Source: an uncultured Bacteroidales bacterium (GTDB lineage Bacteria > Bacteroidota > Bacteroidia > Bacteroidales > P3). Taken from it: DNA of 64,000 nucleotides. Position numbers and translations under genes: made by a program. Numbering within the stretch: position 1 is the stretch's first letter; each line of letters opens with the position of its first letter. The notes beneath the pieces are model-generated. The model was given only the letters and a program-made list of their open reading frames with translations. It was not told where the DNA came from and did no database searches. The stretch covers positions 6,847-70,846 of the forward strand of contig CALUNB010000004.1 of NCBI GenBank assembly GCA_944321885.1, given 5' to 3'. Shown here piece after piece: positions 59,043 to 64,000 of this stretch.

Positions 59043-60248
59043 CTACTTCTTGTAAATCCCGCAAAAGTCCAAGATCACCTTGTCCTCGGTCCAGGGCAGG
59101 GTCTTGAACGGGTCGTGAGCCACCAGCATCACCACGATATCGGCCTTTTCGTAAGCTTCCTTGTAATCGGTCAGTTTGAACACATTGTGCGAAGCCACAT
59201 TGGGTTCCACCACCAAGATGTCCGCATTGTTGCAGGATTGCATCACCTTGGTCACGATATACTTGGCAGGAGATTCCCGCAAATCGTCGATATTGGGTTT
59301 GAACGCCAAGCCCATCATGGCCACACAAGGCTTGCGATGGTGTTCCAATTCGAACTTCAACATGGCGTTCTGCACCTTTTCGGCGCACCAGAACGACTTA
59401 TAGTTGTTGATTTCCCTCGACTTGGCTATCAACTGCGATTCCACCGGGAACTCGGCGGTCAAGAAATAGGGATCCACCGCAATGCAATGCCCCCCTACGC
59501 CGCAACCCGGTTGCAGGATATTGACACGCGGGTGTTTGTTCGCCAAATTGATTAATTCCCACACATTGATACCCGCCTTGTCGCAAATCAAAGACAACTC
59601 GTTGGCAAAGGCAATCTGCACGTCGCGTGAAGAATTTTCGGTCAACTTGCACATCTCGGCCGTCTTGCAATTGGTCCGGTGCAAAGTGCCTTGTACGAAC
59701 TGGCTGTAGAACCCGATCGCCTTGTCCGTCGATTCGGGATTCATGCCCCCGATGACCCGGTCGTTATGCACCAATTCGTAAATCACATTGCCAGGCAATA
59801 CCCGCTCCGGACAATACGCAATGTAAATTTTCCCTTCCAATTCGGGTCTTTCGGCAAAAATCAAAGCCGCCATCTTGTCGGTCGTCCCCACCGGGGAAGT
59901 GGATTCAATCACATACAAATCCCCTTCCTTCAAAAACGGGATTACGGCCCGGGTGGCAGCCTCCACATACGAGATATCCGGTTCATGGTTTCCCTTGAAA
60001 GGCGTGGGGACTACCATGAAATAGGCATCGCTCGTCTCGGGTTTCCCCTGCGCCCGCAAGGCCCCGGATTTGACCACTTCCTGCAACATGGACTCCAATC
60101 CCGGCTCCACGATATGCAAATGTCCTTGGTTGGTCTTTTCCACCACGGAGGGATTCACATCCACCCCGACAACTTCCACCCCGTGTTTGGCGGCAATGAT
60201 GGCCGTGGGCAACCCGATGTAGCCCAAGCCCATGAAACATGCTTTCAT
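59043..60248 (-). CDS. wecC: UDP-N-acetyl-D-mannosamine dehydrogenase
   Basis: ATG at 60248 (MKACFMGLGYIGLPTAIIAA). UDP-sugar dehydrogenase motifs are present (GCGVGGHCIAVDPYF, GLAFKPNIDDLRESPA). Confidence 0.85.
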   Translation of the reverse strand: MKACFMGLGYIGLPTAIIAAKHGVEVVGVDVNPSVVEKTNQGHLHIVEPGLESMLQEVVKSGALRAQGKPETSDAYFMVVPTPFKGNHEPDISYVEAATRAVIPFLKEGDLYVIESTSPVGTTDKMAALIFAERPELEGKIYIAYCPERVLPGNVIYELVHNDRVIGGMNPESTDKAIGFYSQFVQGTLHRTNCKTAEMCKLTENSSRDVQIAFANELSLICDKAGINVWELINLANKHPRVNILQPGCGVGGHCIAVDPYFLTAEFPVESQLIAKSREINNYKSFWCAEKVQNAMLKFELEHHRKPCVAMMGLAFKPNIDDLRESPAKYIVTKVMQSCNNADILVVEPNVASHNVFKLTDYKEAYEKADIVVMLVAHDPFKTLPWTEDKVILDFCGIYKK

Positions 60249-60426
60249 ATCCTTTGTTTTATAAATGATTGACGACCCAATATGCACTAAAAAATCATCT
60301 TCAAACTCCACGTTCCCTGCCGATACACCCTTTTCCTTCTCCGGAAAGCATCCCCCCTCTATAAAAAGAGAAAGCCGCCCATCTTACGATGGAGCGGCCC
60401 CTCACTAACCCCTTTTATTTTGGTTT

Positions 60427-63015
60427 TTACTCCAAAATCACGGCACGGTTGAGTTCCGGATACGGAAAGCGGTTGTTTTCAGCTCCGATAGCCTTGATAA
60501 TAAGGCGTTCGCTCGGAATGTTGTACTTGTTCTTCAACAAGTCGTACACATACTGTACCCGCAATTCGCTCAACTGCTGGTTCCGGGCAGGATAACCCGT
60601 TTCCTTGTCGGCGCAACCCGTAATAGTGAACACTTTATCCTTGTCCAAAGCAATCACATTGCGGATGTAGAAATCCAAATGGAACAATTCCCTCGTACTC
60701 AAGGTTGTCTGGCCGATTTCAAAGAAGACGGCTCCCGGCGAAACAGTCCCGGCGAATACCTCCCGTTCAACCACCACCGTGTCAACCCGGCGAATGACTT
60801 TCGCTAAAGAGTCGGCAACGGCAGCAACGGAGTCTGCCTTGGCCAACGTATCTACGGCAAGGTCTTCCATCGGAACCACGGGTTCCACCTCGGCAAATTC
60901 AGGCAGGTTGCGAACCCGGTCGAAACCAGTCTTGCCCAAGTTGACCGAAACGCCGAGGGTAACCGAAGTCATCCCCAGCACACCAGTGTTGGAAGACTTG
61001 CTGATGCTTTCCTGGGTCAGGAGCTGCGAAACCGTCAGATTCAAATCCACCCGTTTGCTCAAGCGGATGTTATTCATCAAGCCCACACCTACTGCCAATT
61101 CGTTGTCGCTGGCCTTGGGTCCTTCCACGGAATAGGAATGGAGCCAACCGGCGCTCAAATAAGGTACGAAATCCCAAAGCCGTTCTTCCTTGAAACCACC
61201 AATCGTGTTGGAAATGTTCCACATCACATCCCCGTGCAGGTAGGCGAAGCCGAACTTCTCGGCATAGGGTGTACTTTCGGTGGCAGGTGCATACGGGCTT
61301 TCCGTTGCCGACCAGCCTCGTCCCGTAAGTCCCGTGTACCCGATGCGAACTCCAATCGAAGGAGTCATCCATTTGCCCACGTAAATATCGAGGGCCGGAG
61401 AGATGCGACCGCCTGCCGAACCGGCACCGTCGCCTGCGCTTTCCAACACATGGATACCTCCGGCTGCACCGACGAAGAAGTTATCGAAGAACTTGTTGGT
61501 CTTGTACGGACCACGGATAATCTTCCCGGTCGAATCCCGGTTACCGGCAAGATTCCAAATCAGTTCCGGACGCAAAATCCGGTCGAAATCCGTCTTGCCC
61601 AAGTTGACCGCCACACCCAAAGTCAGGGTACTCAAGCCAGCCAATCCTCCCCTCGGGGAAGTCGAAATGTTATTGCGCACGAACATGTGCTTGGCTTCCA
61701 CGGTCAGGTCCACCCGCTTGCTCAAACGAACCACGTTAAGCAAACCGACACCTACGCCCAGCTCGTTGTCATGACCTTCGTTCCCTTTCAAGGCATAGGA
61801 ATGCACCCAACCGGCACTCAAATAAGGCACGAAATCCCAGAAACGTTCTTCCTTGTAACCGCCGATGGTATTGGAAATGTTCCACATCACATCCCCGTGC
61901 AGGTAGGAAATACCAAAACGTTTATGCGACAAACCACCGGGGCCCGGTTCCGGGGCATAAGCCGTCTGTTGTTTGGACCAACCCTTAACCATCAAGCCCG
62001 AATAGCCGATGCGCAAGCCCACATCGGGACGCAACCATTTCCCTACATTGACATCGATAGCCGGAGCAATCTGGCGCATCCAAGAACCGCCCTTATCATC
62101 GGTACTCGAATAAAAGTTGGCGCCGCCACCTACCGAAACGAAGGTGTTGTCGAAGAACTTGTTGGTTTTGTACGGGCCACGGATAACCTTCCCGTTCTCA
62201 TCCCGGTTGGAAGACCGGGCCGCTCCCGTCTTGCCGAAGCTGGAATATCCCGGACGCACCCGGTTGATGGGATGCCATTTCGAAAAGTCGGGCGAAGAGA
62301 TGTTGAAATCCAAACCGACCGTGACCGAAGTCATGCCGGCGATTCCCCCCGTTCCGGGATTGACAGCCCTTTCCTTGAAAATCAACTGCCGGGCTTCCAA
62401 GGTCAAATCCAACCAATCGGTCAGATAAATCTTGTTCAACAAACCAGCCCCCATGGCAAATTCATCCGGCTCACCGCCCTGACGGTCACGAGGATTGGTA
62501 TGCAACCAACCTGCGCTGACAAAGGGGACGAACTCCCAACGACGGTCGGAACGGTATCCTCCCAAAAGGTTGGAAATGTTCCACAACACATCCCCGTGCA
62601 GGTACGTGAAGCCCATGCGCTTCTTGTACACCCCGTCCGAAGGTTCCCCGTAGGTGAAGTTACCTGTCCGGGTAGTCCAACCCCGCGCGGTCAGGCCCGA
62701 ATAACCTACCCGCACGCCCACCGAAGGCGTGAACCATTTGCCTACGTAGACATTGAAAGCCGGGGAAAAACGACCACCGGCAGAACCGGCCTTGTCTCCC
62801 GCGCTTTCCAATACATTGAACCCGCCCGAAAGGCCCACAAAGAAATCGCCGGAGAATCCAGGACCATACGGCAGAGCCCCCGGACGCATTTCCCTGTCCC
62901 TTTTCGGCACTTTCTTCTGAATCGCATCCGATTCATCCGTTTGCGCCACCAAACACCCCGTTCCCAACAAGGAACATGCCAGCAACGCAAAAAGCCATTG
63001 TTTACTTATTTTCAT
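60427..63015 (-). CDS. OmpA-family outer membrane protein with three tandem barrel-like modules and a C-terminal OmpA domain
   Basis: Signal/lipobox-like N-terminus (LFALLACSLLGTGCLVAQ). Three about 200-aa repeats span aa 56-246, 276-479 and 498-700. Each repeat carries VGKW..P.VG.R.GY.GL..GW, YLHGDV.WNISN..GG and WDFVPYLSAGW.H. The C-terminus (aa about 760-862) is OmpA-like (ITGCADKETGYPARNQQLSELR). Confidence 0.75.
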   Translation of the reverse strand: MKISKQWLFALLACSLLGTGCLVAQTDESDAIQKKVPKRDREMRPGALPYGPGFSGDFFVGLSGGFNVLESAGDKAGSAGGRFSPAFNVYVGKWFTPSVGVRVGYSGLTARGWTTRTGNFTYGEPSDGVYKKRMGFTYLHGDVLWNISNLLGGYRSDRRWEFVPFVSAGWLHTNPRDRQGGEPDEFAMGAGLLNKIYLTDWLDLTLEARQLIFKERAVNPGTGGIAGMTSVTVGLDFNISSPDFSKWHPINRVRPGYSSFGKTGAARSSNRDENGKVIRGPYKTNKFFDNTFVSVGGGANFYSSTDDKGGSWMRQIAPAIDVNVGKWLRPDVGLRIGYSGLMVKGWSKQQTAYAPEPGPGGLSHKRFGISYLHGDVMWNISNTIGGYKEERFWDFVPYLSAGWVHSYALKGNEGHDNELGVGVGLLNVVRLSKRVDLTVEAKHMFVRNNISTSPRGGLAGLSTLTLGVAVNLGKTDFDRILRPELIWNLAGNRDSTGKIIRGPYKTNKFFDNFFVGAAGGIHVLESAGDGAGSAGGRISPALDIYVGKWMTPSIGVRIGYTGLTGRGWSATESPYAPATESTPYAEKFGFAYLHGDVMWNISNTIGGFKEERLWDFVPYLSAGWLHSYSVEGPKASDNELAVGVGLMNNIRLSKRVDLNLTVSQLLTQESISKSSNTGVLGMTSVTLGVSVNLGKTGFDRVRNLPEFAEVEPVVPMEDLAVDTLAKADSVAAVADSLAKVIRRVDTVVVEREVFAGTVSPGAVFFEIGQTTLSTRELFHLDFYIRNVIALDKDKVFTITGCADKETGYPARNQQLSELRVQYVYDLLKNKYNIPSERLIIKAIGAENNRFPYPELNRAVILE

Positions 63016-63035
63016 AACCCCTAAATTTGATTTTC

Positions 63036-63761
63036 CTATCCTACAAGCCGTTCCCGGTTATTAACAGCCAAGACGGCCAGCTTTTCGTACAGTCCAAGCG
63101 GGAACTTCGCCAACAACAAATGCTCCAAAAATGAAATGGAATGGGTGTCGGTTCCCACATAATCGTACATACCGGCTTTGAGCAATTGCGAAGCCACCGC
63201 ATGGCAATCCGGCCCGTAAAAACCGGCAAAGGAAGGCAGATTGAGTTGGAACTCCGTCCCCTCTTTCTTCAGACGGGCATAGTCGGCCTTCCCCATATAG
63301 GCATAACGTTCCGGATGCGCCAACACAGGCATATAGCCTGCCGAACGTATGGACTGCAACAACTCCCAAAAATTATAAGGAGCCTGCACGCAAGAGGTCT
63401 CCACCAGCAAGCGATGGTTCGCCAAAGGCAGCAAATCCCGGCTTTCCAAACGCTGCCTGAAACCCAAATCGAGCATGTATTCCGCCCCCAGATGAAGCGA
63501 GATGTTTCCTTTATAGTTGTCTTTCAACAAGGTGAAACGCTCCTGCAACATCGCCGTGGCGTTGGGAAGGTCCTCCATTACATGAGGGGTCAGGTACAAA
63601 TCCATTTCCCCCTCTTTTTCCAAGCGGTCCAAGACCGCCAAGGAAGACTCCATATCTTTCAGGCCATCATCCACACCCGGCAACACATGGGAATGGCAAT
63701 CGGCAAAACCCTTGAACAAACCCGATTCTGAAACCGTCCTGTATCGTTTGAAAAATAGCAT
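63036..63761 (-). CDS. Tyrosine-protein phosphatase, PHP family (CpsB/CapC type)
   Basis: Contains DCHSHVLPGVDDG, TPHV and LAHPERY. 241 aa. It lies directly downstream of the tyrosine kinase. Confidence 0.85.
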   Translation of the reverse strand: MLFFKRYRTVSESGLFKGFADCHSHVLPGVDDGLKDMESSLAVLDRLEKEGEMDLYLTPHVMEDLPNATAMLQERFTLLKDNYKGNISLHLGAEYMLDLGFRQRLESRDLLPLANHRLLVETSCVQAPYNFWELLQSIRSAGYMPVLAHPERYAYMGKADYARLKKEGTEFQLNLPSFAGFYGPDCHAVASQLLKAGMYDYVGTDTHSISFLEHLLLAKFPLGLYEKLAVLAVNNRERLVG

Positions 63762-63764
63762 CCT

Positions 63765-64000
63765 TTATCCTCCGTATCCATAACCATAGCCGTAGCCATA
63801 GCCATAATGGGAAGCATAACGGGTGCGAGGCATCACTACGCCATTTAAAATCAACGACATCTTGTGGTACTTGTTCTCTTGGTCGAGCTTTTCGATTTCG
63901 GGCAGGAAACGCCGATCCAGCAAACCCGCACGGACAATGAACAAGGTCCTGTCGGCCAAAGGTCCGATGACGGAAGCATCGGCTACCAGGCCTGTAGGCG
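63765..64000 (-). CDS. Partial CDS: C-terminus of polysaccharide co-polymerase tyrosine autokinase (Wzc-like), continues off the right edge
   Basis: The frame stays open to 64000 (...PTGLVADASVIGPLADRTLFIVRAGLLDRRF...). It ends in the Tyr-cluster tail HYGYGYGYGYGYGG. The 'M' in the ORF track is an internal TTG. Confidence 0.75.
   Translation of the reverse strand, partial: PTGLVADASVIGPLADRTLFIVRAGLLDRRFLPEIEKLDQENKYHKMSLILNGVVMPRTRYASHYGYGYGYGYGYGG

Noticed and set aside
63765-63800. Repetitive ccatagcc(g/a)tagcc DNA as a regulatory microsatellite
   Set aside because: It is in frame and encodes the GYGYGYGYGYGG tyrosine-cluster tail, the phospho-acceptor site expected at the C-terminus of Wzc-type autokinases.

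Overview
The window looks like a Bacteroidota (Bacteroidales-like) chromosome segment, and almost all genes are on the minus strand. The taxon call rests on T9SS C-terminal sorting domains, the uppS-bamA-skp-skp synteny, and DUF6089/DUF3109-type genes.

**Layout**
- 1-24 kb is GC-rich housekeeping: nspC, a RecD-like helicase, galE, two OmpH/Skp genes, bamA, uppS, a DUF6089-like barrel and nadK. It continues with a 2.4k-aa alpha-2-macroglobulin-family lipoprotein, DUF3109, a C69 dipeptidase and a TPR-LuxR regulator.
- 24.4-31.2 kb is a three-gene operon of T9SS cargo: an S8 protease and two choice-of-anchor-J proteins.
- 31.7-33.8 kb is an AT-rich two-gene cassette of an ABC-type ATPase plus an RloB/Toprim protein (AbiL-like). 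It sits just downstream of the glmS terminator.
- 34-37.5 kb holds glmS, vanZ and wecB.
- 37.6-59.0 kb lies between wecB and wecC. It runs: an Rpn-like chimeric ORF, a Gabija-type OLD nuclease + UvrD helicase pair, an about 15 kb AT-rich Wzx/Wzy capsule cassette, and an AAA-ATPase/PD-(D/E)XK gene.
- 59-64 kb holds wecC, an OmpA-family protein with three tandem barrel-like modules, a CpsB phosphatase and the 3' end of a Wzc tyrosine kinase.

**Most noteworthy**
- Two ATPase+Toprim defence modules, one fused and one split, bracket glmS-vanZ-wecB. One of them is embedded co-directionally in the capsule locus. Both match known families, so I cannot show a truly new system from sequence alone.
- The least-explained items are the Rpn-like chimeric ORF, the AAA/PD-(D/E)XK gene, the triple-module OmpA protein and a small palindromic intergenic repeat family.

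No rRNA, tRNA, CRISPR array or intact transposase was seen.
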